A DNA stretch of 64,000 nucleotides from Paragordius varius (taxonomy: Eukaryota > Animalia > Nematomorpha), in the NCBI GenBank assembly GCA_964247055.1, contig OZ176052.1, forward strand, positions 6,200,001-6,264,000. Reading direction: 5' to 3'. The translations under genes were made by a program, and so were the position numbers. The notes beneath the pieces were generated by a model. It did no database searches and was not told the origin of the DNA. It saw only the letters and a list, made by a program, of their open reading frames with translations. Positions 1-14,122 of the stretch are shown here, one piece after another; position 1 is the first letter of the stretch, and every line of letters starts with the position of its first letter.

Positions 1-1286
1 TGTGATGATTTCGTCTTTATTATTTTTTTCTAGAATATTACAATCACTTACCCTTTGTTCGTGCACATGTAAATTTATTGAATAAGGTACAAACAACCTG
101 TGAGGTACAAATTTTTTTATATTTATAATCTATTTGTGTTAAAAATAAATAAATATTACAATAAATCCCCCAATGACCCCCCCCCTCAGATTTGTCCCGC
201 TTTTTCCTTCAAAAAATCTGGTCACCTTATATACACTATATTTAGCTTTTTAAGTAAAATTCTATTTGTATTCACGTATATTTTCTTCATATAATTTTAG
301 TAAAATAGAATTTTCCTTGCAACAAATTATTCTGACATTTGTAAATAATCTACTTCCAGAAACTCTATTGCCAAATTATTTTGGGGCGCATTTTTGCCCC
401 AAAATTTTTGGGGTCTCCTTTTCCAAGGGATTTTTTATTATTCTAGATAAAAATCATGTTTGTTTATTTTACCCCCCTTTTTTGCGCAGTGTTATATATA
501 AAAGCAAAAATGCCGAGATTGCGCGATAAATTTTTTATTATATGGTAAATATTGACATCAATGAAGTTTTTTGATGTCAAAATAAATATTTTTTTAGAAA
601 TTAGATGAAGCGTCTTCTATTTTGAAGCATGATGGAGACGGTCTAAAAACCATTTATATTATAAAAAAAACCTTTTTTTATAATTCGATGATGCCGAACA
701 TTTATATCGCCTTTTGTTAAAATATTTTTTCGTCTTTAAATTGATGTTAAAAATGAATTGTTGTTTTACATAAGTACGCCCAAATTTAAAAGCAAATGGA
801 AATTTAAATTTTTTGAGGTGATAGGAATGTTTATGAACTTATTATATAGAAAAGTTTTTAAATAATATCTTAAGCCGTATTTATACTTTTTCCAGCAGGC
901 TAAATTATATAAAGTATACTTTACTCAATGTTTGCTACAAATTAAATTATTTTAGCAAAATATACATTTTTATTGATGCCAAATTTAGCATAAATTTTAA
1001 TATTTTACTGCTCTATCTCAGCATTATCGCGTTTATTTAAAGAGAGCTGTCTGTTTTAGAAGTGCAAAAGAAACTAAGGAGCATACATCTAACATCTTAC
1101 AAAAATATAGTTTTGAATGTTCTTATAAAAAATATATTGCACATGCGCTCAAGATTGTAACGGTTTCTTTTATGTTACTTTCCTTTGTCTATTATATCAA
1201 TTTATAAGCATTGATTTGTCTCACATTTAATTTCATTTTATATTTTTTTCTTGGTTATACTTTATTTTAAGTTTTTTCTTTTAACA

Positions 1287-1320
1287 ACTCCTGATGATGC
1301 CATTGCGCGAAAATTTGAGT
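1287..1320 (+). ncRNA. Degenerate minimal hammerhead-ribozyme-like motif (Penelope-type)
   Basis: ACTC-CTGATGA-tgccattgcgc-GAAA-ATTT-GAGT: the core boxes are present and stem I (ACTC/GAGT) pairs, but stem II is weak and the cleavage nucleotide would be U. Confidence 0.35.
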
Positions 1321-2123
1321 CTATAATAAATTTATTTTTATTTTCTTTCATTATTCACACGACGTTAACACACGAATCTTATTTAACAACACTTCGTCGT
1401 CACCCACTCAATTTATACTAATTCCCAATGTTTTTTAAAATTAAGCATTTAGCTTTCACCAAAAAGTTTATTCGGCAAAATGTGAAATTTTGCTTGATAT
1501 TCAGTTACCACCAAAGTGTATATAACTTTCTTATATCACTCGTAATAAAAACAAAAGCACCATGATAATACTGATGCATTTTCTTATCCTATATATTTCA
1601 TCAGGATATTTTTTGGACACTGTGTTATGTTTGATAAAATATTTTTGGTAAATGCTGAATGCTTTATTCCATAATATATCATTATATGATATACCATAAT
1701 TTAAATGATCAATATTTTAATTAAGAATTTTTAGTTTTGGGCTCCGAGATTCCCAAATTTTCTAACCCTCCTAAAGGGTCTAGTTTTAAAAGAAACGCAA
1801 AAATGCCGAGATTTCAAAATAATTTTTTAAATATATGCTAGATCAAGGATGTTTAACATGCGGCCCTCCAAATTTTTACGAACCGAGATAAATTTAAAAA
1901 AACAATTATTCAACATTTTATATAATTTTAATATATACCACAAATAAATGATAGATATAATATCATTTACATTACAACATTTGATAATAATTTATTTAGA
2001 ATTATATCCATTTTGTTTATTAAAACCATTAGTTTTTATGAGGGATGGTCGTTAAATATTTATATATGTCACATATTCCCTTTAAATAGATATAGAAAAG
2101 TAGTAAAAAATTTATGGTGAACA

Positions 2124-3130
2124 CTATCTTTCATTAAAAAATTTTAGACTAAATCCGTTAAGACAACTTAATTCCAATTTTTTATTGAACATGAATTTAA
2201 CTTCTTGAATTTTTAAGATGTACGTAAATCTAAATATATCTTTCCAAATTTTGCCAACGGAATAAACAAAATATAGTCTTTTTTGTGATTCAGGTGATAC
2301 TTCTGCCAATTGCCGTAGAGTTTTTGGGTCATCATCCAATAACTCTTGCACTTTAGCGTCTTCGCACTTATGTGGTCCATTAAAGTGCTCAATCTCCATC
2401 ACATTAAATTATTAATTTTAAATATTTCCAAGACATGTTTCACAAACACTTCTATTTAAATTAGCTAAATACCCCAGACAATATTTAAAATGATATTTTT
2501 AAAAAACTACTGAAAGAAACGGTTTCAATTTATATTTATGCTTCTATCCTAATAAAAATTATATAAATAACAAAATGAAATTTAGTTTTGGAAAAATTCC
2601 GTATCAAACTACTTGGGCGCCACTTTTACAACATTTTTGCAAAATATCGTGTTTACTTGATAATAAGCCTAAAATTTAGTTTACTTTTTTTATTAAAATT
2701 ACATTTAACATTGATGAAAAAAGAAAAAGTGGTATATTTTTCATTTTAATATTTAGCTTATGCACACATGTGATGGCTAAATTTTTACCTTTGGGTTTCA
2801 TCTCTGAATAAGTAATAATTTTTAAATAATTTTTTTATTTTGTTTCGGTTCATAAATGTTATACAAGTGCAAACCTTTGCCATGGTTTTAATTTGTTCCA
2901 TATCTTTTGAAATATTTAATTTTAAACAAGCCTATGGTATCTAAACCAAATTGAATCGAAGGACTGAATTGAATGTGATGCATCCAAGTGTTACACTATA
3001 GATGTCATGTGTTTTCCCGCAAATGATAACTTTCAACAGCCTTTTCTTCTGATGGCAATGCGTCCCGAAAAGTTTTTTTTACAGGTACAAAATTTGACAT
3101 TATTACTGAATGATAAAAACAAAACGCTAG
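2124..3130 (-). mobile_element. Decayed mariner transposase N-terminal fragment, split by a TTAA-family MITE
   Basis: Minus-strand FVPVKK...KAVESYH (about 3000-3090) and GPHKCEDAKVQELLDDDPKTLRQLAE (2124-2402) resemble the Mos1-type HTH region. They are interrupted at 2447-2990 by a MITE copy. Confidence 0.5.
2447..2990 (-). mobile_element. Older copy of the CACTT...AAGTG TTAA-targeting MITE family
   Basis: Reverse complement shares the terminus CACTTGGATGCA and internal blocks (gtctggggtatttag, ggcgtcgaagtagtttga-like) with copies at 46150-49006; the TTAA flanks are degraded. Confidence 0.65.
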
Positions 3131-6100
3131 ATTTGCCGGACTCAACTAAGTTTGTCGTTTATTTTTAGATGTACAAAATGGTCAAATTTTCTCCTAGCTA
3201 AACTGGGAATGACTTATGACTACACTGGTAATATTCATCAGGATTGTGTGAACTGTGTAGTGTCTAAAATTCCAAATCGATTTTTAGCGTTACGGCGCTG
3301 CATCGTAACTCACATACCGTCATTTTTAATCGTTTTTTAACTATCACTTACCACAATATTTTATCAATGATTTTAAATTAGGCTTTATAAGTCTTTTAAG
3401 AAGAATGCGGTATGAAACCTTTTCTGGCAAGTCAATTTTTCACTCGTTTCGTTCTTAAAAAAGTGGTCCAGAATGAACTGGCTCGGATATTTATTAAAAA
3501 AATAAAGGGTTACAAATCGGTTTTAACCGATGCCAAACATATTTGGTGTTCTACTATTTTTGGTTTAATGGTTCTGATTTCGGTTGCACTATCATTGCAT
3601 TTTTAAAGAATGTGAACTAGCCGCAAAAACATAAACACACAACCACAAAAATTTGTTTTACTTTTCTCGAAAAATCTAAAAAAATTAAAGGATTTATTTG
3701 GAGTTCCGTTCATACCAAATATTATTTCATTATCCGAAACAGATATAAAAGTTCTTAAAAAGTTATAAAATAATTTTTTTACAATTCGATTAGGACGAAC
3801 GATACAGAATTCGTCTCATTTTTCATTGACTAAAAAATAAATTCAGAATAGGGTCTTTTTTTATATAGAACCGAAATGAGAACTGTATGTTTTGTGATAA
3901 CAATAGAGATGAATAAAACTTTTGCTATAATCGAAAATTAAACCAATAAATATACCTTTCCTACTGTTGTTTATTATACTTCTTAATTTCTTTAACTAAA
4001 TATGCAAACAAAAATAATCTTATATCAGTTTTGAGCTAAGAACTTCCTATTTAGATAACTAAGATATTAATAATATAAATGAAAATTTCAGTTCATTGAT
4101 TCTATCAATTAATTAATTTTTTATATAAATTTTTATTTAAAAATCAATTTTCCATATAATTTTCTCATTTTTTTTTTAATATACTTACATTGAAATAAAA
4201 TATTTGAAAAATATATCGTTTGAAACTTAATAGATCAAAGATAGATATAGATCTTCGGTGTTAAAAAATGTATTTACTGATAATCCGGATTAAAAAGAAA
4301 TCGAAAAACGTTTCTCCTTTAACCTATTTTTTGTGTGTTAAACCTCTTGACCAAATACTTTTTGATAATCTTTTCAATAATATATTCTTTATATCTTTTA
4401 GAGTCCTATATAAAGTTTTTATGGAAATTTTATTAGTTAAAATAAACGAAAATTATATTTATTGATTAGTATATTTTAAGAATTTTAAAATAAATCCAGG
4501 CCGATGCGACAACAAAAGATGTATTTTTCAGCTTAGACATTGCTGCACTTTATCGGCTAATTAATAAATCCTTCTATTTTCATTTTATAATTTGTTTACT
4601 ATATAAAATATTATTTTTATAAAATTTTTGTATTTTTTTCTTTTAGACAATAACTAAACTTTATCCAGTCACGTAATATTTAATTTTCAAAAGATAATAT
4701 TTACCATGTTTGTGTGACAAAATAATAAATTTTATTTTAATATCCTTCTTGACCTGTTTAAACAAAGAATTATTTCTTATGGCTGTATATTTAATATAAT
4801 CTGTGATCACAACAAATTAAAATGACAAAATTTTAATTTATTTTTTAAATATATTATCCTCAAAATATCATTTATGTTTTTAAAACAGTTAGTTAATTGC
4901 CCAATTATCGTTTAACATATTTTTATCAAAAAGAAAAAATGCATGGTTTAATTTTAGCATGTTAAGATGGAATATTATTAACACTCATGCGCTAATTTTC
5001 CCACCGTATATTTTATTTTATGTTCCTATCTAACATTTTGTCAATTTTTTTATATTGTTGAGTAATAATTTTGATTACATTAAAATTGTAGTAATAAGGC
5101 TGACCTTTCACATCAATTAAATGTTGGACGACCTCTTTTGCATATATATATATATAAATATACGGTTACACCGTTTATAAATATAATTATTTAATTATAA
5201 TTATATTATTGATATACGTATGTGTGTTTATAAAGTACAAAAAGTAAACTGACAATATGAAAAAAAGAGTAAATAAATATAAAAACAACGTAATGTGCAA
5301 AAAAACGCCCATTTTTATATTATTGTGTTATTAAAATTGATTTATATTGATTTAATTTATAATCTATTTTATGATATATAAATAAATGTTTTCAAATAAA
5401 CCTTTTATGTATCAAAAATATTATTATACAATTCATCCGATTAATTAATCGGTCCATTTTTAAATACAAAAATTTATTTCTATATTACTAACATCAAAAA
5501 TACAAGCGCTCAAAAAATTAGACATATTTCTATTGTTTTAAATCGTTCGTAAAATCATTTTAAGAAATCAACACCTGTATATATTACATTATTAAATTTA
5601 GCCAATTTTCGATATCCCCTTATGATAAAATATTTATGATGAGAAATAATCTTATTATAATTTTTTTTCTTTGTAGCTTAAATGTAAACGTTTAAAAATT
5701 ATAAAATTCTATTTTTTACGGCAAAAATGTAAATTTTAATTATGATTAAGATATTTTATAAATCCGTATATCCGTTTTATTAACCATAGTAATTTTATAT
5801 ATTAAATATATATATAGAGATATTAAAAATTATAATTTTCGTTAATTCTGGTGAAACAAGTTCTAATATAATATTTATTTAAATTACTTACGGATTTTAT
5901 TTGCGTGTCTAACCTATATCCAATAAAAGTCAATTGCTTTAAAAATTATAATTAGTTTCCTTATAACTGTTGTCCTTTTCGTACTTAAAATTTTCTGAGA
6001 AAATGTCAAATCATTTATTAGAATTATATCAGAACCAATTTATAACGCCTCCATATAGGAGGCAAGAATATACAGTTATGATTATTATGAGTTATATAAC

Positions 6101-7813
6101 TGAGCAACTAGCTTTCTATGTGTCAATGAGATTTCGACGGCATGATGGATTAATTTAATATTTTAATCTATTGAAATTTTTTGAAAAAAAGAATATAATA
6201 ACTTATTAATACACAAAACGAATGGGATTAATATTTAGTAGGTAGGCTAAAAAGTATACATAACAGTTTCAGTGGAAACACACATACAAATACACTCTAT
6301 CGTGCTGTTTTTTAAAGGTGCAAAAATATTTCATACTTGAATCTGCCATAATTCTTTTGTAAGGATTATAGTATTTATATAGAGAATTTCCTCTTTTTTT
6401 CCAAACAATCATCATACCTAATCTTACAGCATTCTATAGCTGTAATGATACATATATTATATTATATAATATAATTTTGTTTAAAAACCAAATTGTTAGA
6501 AACTCATTATTCATAATAATCGATTTGTTTTATATAATATTAGTTGCACACATTTCCTTCATCATACCTGGGAGAATAGAATCCAAGAAAATAAATCTTC
6601 TTTTTTATTATATATATACCTGATGTGCACACCTAATCCTATTCATTCACAGCATATAAAGTTTCTTAGTGTTTTAGAAATAAACAAACGCAAAAAATGA
6701 TTTGTTCAGGAATTGTATATAATTTAATTAATAATTTCTACTATGCTGTGTACGTTTTTTACGATTTTGTCGTCACGTTACAACTTATAAATTTGGTTTG
6801 ACTATCCATCGCATTTTTATACTTTGTTAAAAAATTTGTGCTGCCTGTTTAATTATTAGTAGAATTATATGGGAATGAAAAAAATTTAAATTAAGCTTTA
6901 AAGCTTACACCGTTTTTTCCCATCAACGTTGTTGACGTATACTTATTTCCCATTTAAAAGAGTCGTTTTTAATATAACGCGCATTTCGCACATTATTGAT
7001 AAAGGTATAGCCAAAAAAATATATTATTTAATTTTAAAAAGAAGAAGACGGTATTTTTATGATCGCTCGCTCGCTCTCCTATACCTATAATGGATAATAA
7101 AAATAATAAAACTTTTATACATTATGTATAATGAAACATTAGATAGATAATATTTTGTATGAATAAATACCTTTGTATACCTACTTATTTTGCCTACCAC
7201 TTCTCCGTATTTTCGGATATTTTTTATGATATAATCAGATAATAATAGTGATAAAATGAAGATAATTTAAACATTTGAAATATAATCGTTTCTTGTAATA
7301 TTTAATTATGCAAGAAAATCATATCCATTATTATTCAGACTTCTAGAATATGAAATTATTTCATTTACGTACAATATCATTTGGTCAACTATCTCATTAT
7401 CTGATAATTTTCGAATATATATTCAAATTTTTTTGATTTATTCCGCAAAGTACAATGTATGAATAAGTTTTAAGTTACTGCCGAAAATTTTATTCGAATA
7501 AATTGGACGAATGCTTTTTAATTATCTAAAATATATTCTCTTTAATTACCCTTATAAATTTTTGCTTGGCGATTTCTTTATGTTAACAGACACCCAAAAA
7601 GATTGTACTTAAATATCAATGTTGACTAATGTAAGGAACGCAGACGATGATGAATTCCCCATATGAAATACACTTGAATAAAACTAGTTTTTCGGAAAGT
7701 ATATTCAAATTTTCATCAGACATCAGAAAATTTATAAAAGTTTCTTGCATGAATCAAGATTATTTATTAATTTATGGAAGGCCATTTATATATTATTAAA
7801 ATTTAAATTTATA

Positions 7814-10800
7814 ATGGATTATAAAATTCCAGATAAATTCCAACAATTGGACGATCATAATTACATGGCCGAAATCGTTAACGGTATCTTTATTTGCTAA
7901 ACTTTTTAAATTATTAGCCAAAACAAATATTTGTGTTACTTTTATTTTTTATTTAAATTTATTAAAGGGTATAAATTTAATGTAAGGTATTAAGTTAACG
8001 GCTAAATTTCACTCTTTAATTATATTGTATTTTAGACCAATCTGGTACATCCTTATATTAAACGATTAAATTTAATTTTAACATGATTTTCTTGTTCTAT
8101 CTTGAAGAGGACAATTTGAATTGTCACATAACAACCAACTGTATAAATTTTTTCCTGTATTCAAGGTTAAATTTTGTAAAAATGTGCACATTTATACATA
8201 CGAGTCAAAGTCACAGTTTGGCGTGTTAAATGGCTGTTTTAACAAAAGAAATTTTATTTTTTATACCAACCTGCGTGTTTGTCTATAGAATTTTTTTATA
8301 TCTCTTCATATTTACCTCATACTAACTTGTCCAAAACAGTAGATATCTAAAACAATGTTTTGGGGCTAATTTTTTACGCATATCATTAAATATGTTTTAA
8401 CCCTTTTCCATATTTCTTTTTTATATTTTTATTTTTGCCTCATATATCAGGTAAAAAATATATGGTATGGAAAAATCATCATAAATGGATATTTAATTTT
8501 AAACAAAATTTCGCCTAGTTTGTATAATTATATTTTGCAAAAAAAAGATTACACAATAAAATGGTGATTTTTTATACTTTTTATTAATGTGGCACAAACT
8601 TTATCTGTACTGCAATGGGAACGCATTATTTATATGGTCGGATAAATTGATTTCATTTAAATAAATATCAGTATGTGTAATATATTTCAAATCAACTAAT
8701 CACGGTCAATTAAGCTTGGATATAAATACCATCCATTTATCTACATTTGTTTACGCTTCATAAAATTGATAAACTTCTTTAAATATATTTATACAATATA
8801 AAATAATAGTTATTGGTTAAGCAGTGTGTTAATATTATTAGGTTAACCAGGTCGGACGTATTCTTGATGATTTTATACTATCTATATCAAATGAAATTTT
8901 GTTATTTATTTATTCAGTGGCAGACATAAATATTAGACGCGCAAAATTAGATAGCCCCCTCCCCTGCTTATGTTCTTGTCACTAAAATTTGTTCAAAAAA
9001 CTCCTCAAAGGGGAAAATTAAATAATAATTTTGGCATGTTGTAATAATACACAAAGCTTAAAATACATCATTTATTCAATATTCTTGCCTAAAATGTATA
9101 AAAAATAATATACAAAATGAATTGTATTCGTATGCGGACACACGGCCTACAAATAAAAATGTTATCGCAAGTTTAATTTATATAATGTGCCGACATTCAC
9201 TTTTTTGACTACTAAAAGAGTTAAGTCAGAGAAATTATTTAAATTAAATGGTGGTCAGTTAACTTGTATAATTTTGTTTATATTATTATAATACATATGA
9301 CAACAGTTTACGGTAAAATACAAGAATGGCCGTAATTAAATAATTTATTACTTTTATTTAATTTTATATTTTGTTGTAATGTCTATAATAAGGCCAAATG
9401 ACCAGCAGTTATTTTGAAGAGTTTGTGCATTGTTTTTTTATTATTGTAAATGAAAAGAAGTTTGTTTTAGGTGGACAAAAGCTATAAACTTATATTCATC
9501 ACTATTACGCCTACTCAATTAATCAATCTTTAATTTATATATATATATATATATATATATTTATGTGAAATCATTCAAGGATATCGGATTATTTTTGTTT
9601 GATAAAATCCTATAACCTAGGTCTAAAAGTTTGTTTTTTTAAAACTCGTATATTAAGTCATCATGGTTAACCTTCTTATAATTTTAAAAAATGTTATGAA
9701 AAAAAAATAGTATTGGAACTTTTTTATAAGGGGTTGACGGGGTTGTTGGTTTGGAAAATATAAAATTTAATTTTGCTTATTACCACATTCAATTTAGCTA
9801 ATCACTCAAAACATCGTTAAATTTTTAATTAGAGTTAAATACAATATTATATAATAAAATTTTTGTTGAATTTATATATGTAAATGAAATTTTTATTGTA
9901 AATTACACATAATTTAATTTATAATAATAATAATAATAATGAAAGCCCTTAATTTTAATTAATCTAGATATTTGATTTTCAAGGTTTTATAAAAATATTA
10001 TATCACGCGATAATGAACTAAATTATATAGTTTAAAATGATGTCAGAAAGTAAAATCAAAAAAATTGATGGTTTCAATAGATAAAGAAAAATATTTAGAA
10101 TATTTTAATTTTCGTTTTTTTTCAGTAAATTTGGCTCTACCTATAAATGTATAGTTTTTAAACTTCTAATAAAAGAGATAATTGTTTCAAAATAATAGAT
10201 AATTTGCTACAGACCTTTATAGTAGATTAGGTTTAGTATTGGCTAATTAATAATTGCTCCTTATTATTTTAATTATATATTTACCCTCCCACAACTGATT
10301 ACGAAACTGCTAATTTTATCATTATATACTGCAGGTCTGCAATCAAATAACCCTACGCACAGAATTTATTCGTATAATCAATTACTACGGTCATTGAATG
10401 CAAATGATTCGCCTCACATAACTTCTCAAAATGGTGTTTTTCTCCCCGGTGTTCCCACAATAATGAACAAAGATTTAAATTTAAAAGAATTGGATTATCA
10501 GCAAATTATAACAATTTTGCGTCTAGCTGCTTGCTCAACGAACAAATTGGCTCAACAAGATGATTCCCTGTTTAAGGTAGTAAGTTTTTGTCATCATTTA
10601 TTAACTCTTTATTATTCATAGGGAATTTTTTAATTATAATTAATTTGGCCATACTTTTGACTGTGTTGTGTTTGAAGACTGTATGTATCTTTCTATAACC
10701 CTAAATAAGGTATTGAGCAATCCCTGTATATTTAAAATGTTTACTGTGATCACAGTAAATGTGATATTAAAAATCATATGCCGTCATTATTATTATTATA

Positions 10801-11569
10801 ATTATATAAATCATCTTTATTGGCAATTAATTACCTAACAATAAGCATTAAGTTAGTGTTTTACATCTCAAGAGTCAACAAAGGTTAAAAGATTAAAGGC
10901 CTCCTTGTAGAAAGTGAAAAACCGATTTATCCTTACCATAATAATCATCTAATGATAAACTTTGCGTTCTTCCTATAATTAACACTTTCTTTTTTTTTAT
11001 ATTCATGGTGCAAAAATGCGCTTATTTCATAAAACATACCATACATCTATCTTTCTTTGAAAGCGAGCAAAGTTGAAACGTGGATAAATTATTAGGTTTT
11101 ATATGTATGGTTGTTGAAATGAAAATTATTATCTGTTGATGATAAATAAATATTTTCTAAGGAATCAAATTAGGTATAAATTCTTTAAGGTAAAAAATAC
11201 TTCCACATATTGCGTTTATTATTATATATTGAAAGTACATATAAGAGCATGCAGCACATAAGGTAAAGTATATTATGTATATAACAAGCACACAATAATT
11301 TTAGAAAGGCAGAAATTCTAAGAGATTACTTGAGCAATAATAATCTTAACATTGGAAATAATTAGAAATACACACTAAACGAAAGTGATGTAAGAGGATA
11401 CAAGGTTGATTTAACTTTTGTTTGTACGTATATAATAATCCTTAAAGAAGCACAAAAAATAATCTTTGCTCCTCTTTCAGTTCATTTGAAATTAAATATT
11501 TCCATTTATATATACCACACATATTTTAATCAATTGATAAAGTTTGATTTGCAATTTATATGATCATAG

Positions 11570-11611
<42 letters not shown>

Positions 11612-14086
11612 TTGTGGGACACGAATACCTCTAATCTTACTTTCTATCTAACATTTTATTGAAAAGTATATAAAGATATATTTGATATTTTGAGAGTGTT
11701 AAAAATTGAAAAAAAATGTTTCCCTTTTTATAGGTGTAAACATTAAATATATAGATATATATTATAGTTTTGACGTAATTTTTTGGTACTATTGTTGAGA
11801 ACCAAATATGGGGTCGATACTACTCTATTCAGTCAAAATATATATTTAAATATGTGCACCAAAAATTACGATTTTAATATAATTATATATTTTTTGTGAA
11901 AAAAAAAGAATATATATGATTTTGGCTAGGAATAAAGGTTGATTGCCTTTTTCAATTATGTCATTTATGTTCGTAACAAATAGATTGATACGACAAATGC
12001 GAATATATGTTGCAATAAAGAAATTCGCGGGTTAGTTGGTTTTTTTGAGTAAAATATGACTTTTTAGATATAGTGTACTCGTTTTTTTTTCTATCTTCTA
12101 CCGCAAAATATGACTCCCTCACCAGTATCATGGTTTTTTTCCTATATTGTGTCAACCAATCGAGCTTTTTTAATAAAATAATATAACTCAATATAATAAG
12201 TATAAAATAAAAATTGATAAATTGCATTTCATTCGAGATACTGTGGTTTAATCGAAGTACATGGAAATCAGGACTGATCAACACAAAAAGCTTCGATAAC
12301 CGCATTTTTAATAAAACCGCGGCGGGCCGCTTTCGATATATTAAGAGGCATTCATAAATAATTTATTAGATTTTTAAGCATAAATGCAAACACATTATAC
12401 AATTTTTTTATAGTTCTTGCCGATTGGAAAGGCTTATTCAAAAAAAATATTCGGAAAATATCAATTACCGAGATTTTATGAGAATATTTTTAATCATAGA
12501 TTTACAGTTTTTCGCGGGCCGCATATGAAGTCTCGGAAGGCAGCATCCGGCCTCGGGGCCCCAAGTTGGAGACCCCTGATTTAAATAATAAACTGGGAAT
12601 GTCGGGCAATTAAAATATAGGTTTCAATGCACTTAAAATAAATTTGCTGGCTTATACATCTCTGTTATTTCACCCGTTAATTAGTGACAAAAGCTTGAAC
12701 TCCTCTTTAATATGTTTTTATTTAATTAAGCAATGGCATTCAGACACATAAATCGAATTTAAAAAATGGGCTCGATCACCTTAGGTCCCCTTCACGTTTT
12801 TCGTGGATTCAAAGCCAACAATTTGCATTTAGTATATATTTATTTTATGTGTTAAAAGTTTTTGACAGTTATTTTTTGCAGCGGTTACAGTCACGGCCAT
12901 GGATTGCTTCTTATCAGGTCAGATATTCAACCATGAATTATTTCATTTTATAGTGTCTGTCCCCGATTGTTAAACATACTTTATTTGATCCAGAGTTTAA
13001 ATTAAAAAACGGAGTGAATATTTTTAATTATGCTAAAAAAACAATAATTTTATAATCTTAATTTGGTTCAAGTTAGGTGTGATACCTTAGTTATAGTAAA
13101 ACGTAGGGAAAAATCCCTTTATACAGGCAAATATGGAATCTTACGAAATTAAAGAATGAATATTTATACACAAAATACAATATAGATAAATTTGGTTATG
13201 ATAAAAATTTATATAATTATTTTATGTCGCATTCATAATCAACTCATCATTATGTAATACAAAGTTTAATTTTTTACGCACTTGTAATCATATCCAAATT
13301 ACGACAAAACTAATACATTATAGTTTAACGGTAAAAAATTTTTTCAAAAAATATAATTAAAGGCTAAACAAAACACTTTTTTACATTATATAGATCATAA
13401 CTTTCACATTTTGACAAAATCTTAACGACAATTTTGTAATAAAATAATACAATGTGTATATCAATAAAAGATTATATGGAATTTTTTGCTTTTAATTAAT
13501 AATGATGACATCACCTTACATTTAAAGATTATAAACTTGGTAATTTGATATTAACCATAAATTTTATTATCACAGTCAGATAAGTAAAATGGATTTGAAA
13601 ACCATTTAAATATAATAGTCTGAGAAAAATTTATTACCTATAATTAAAATTATCAATATTATATTAATGTATCTTTGTTAAAATACTTGGCATTAGCAAA
13701 CAATTCTTATACGGAGATGAGATCCTACATATTTCCATTATCTAAAAAGGAAATGATAAATCTTATTTAAAATCCACAACTTTTTGTTATATTTAAAATA
13801 AAAATGAATTTTGCCTAAATACAACGAATTATCACGTAAATATATTTTTAAACTTATTCATTTTTTTGTTTTAAATTGGAGTTTGTCAAATGTAAGGTAT
13901 TAATTTTAACCTTCAAATACATCAATTATGATAAAATACCTCTCATCAAAACTCCATACCTTATAACTAACTACCTTGTGAAAGTTGGTACAGAAAGGGA
14001 CAAATATAGATGCTTATATTAATTATATTTTAGCACAATTGAATCTCGTGAAATTGAATTATATTTGATCCAATTTTGGCAAACAC

Positions 14087-14122
<36 letters not shown>

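Noticed and set aside
100-6158. Short ORFs in the track here and similar 60-110 aa ORFs elsewhere (e.g. 11961-12305, 31718-33457, 45311-45553, 62899-63732)
   Set aside because: Ile/Phe/Lys-rich chance frames of AT-rich or repeat DNA, or antisense to real exons, with no motifs or splice support.
7884-10334. U12-type intron (donor GTATCTTT)
   Set aside because: One mismatch to GTATCCTT and no TCCTTAAC branch site near the acceptor.
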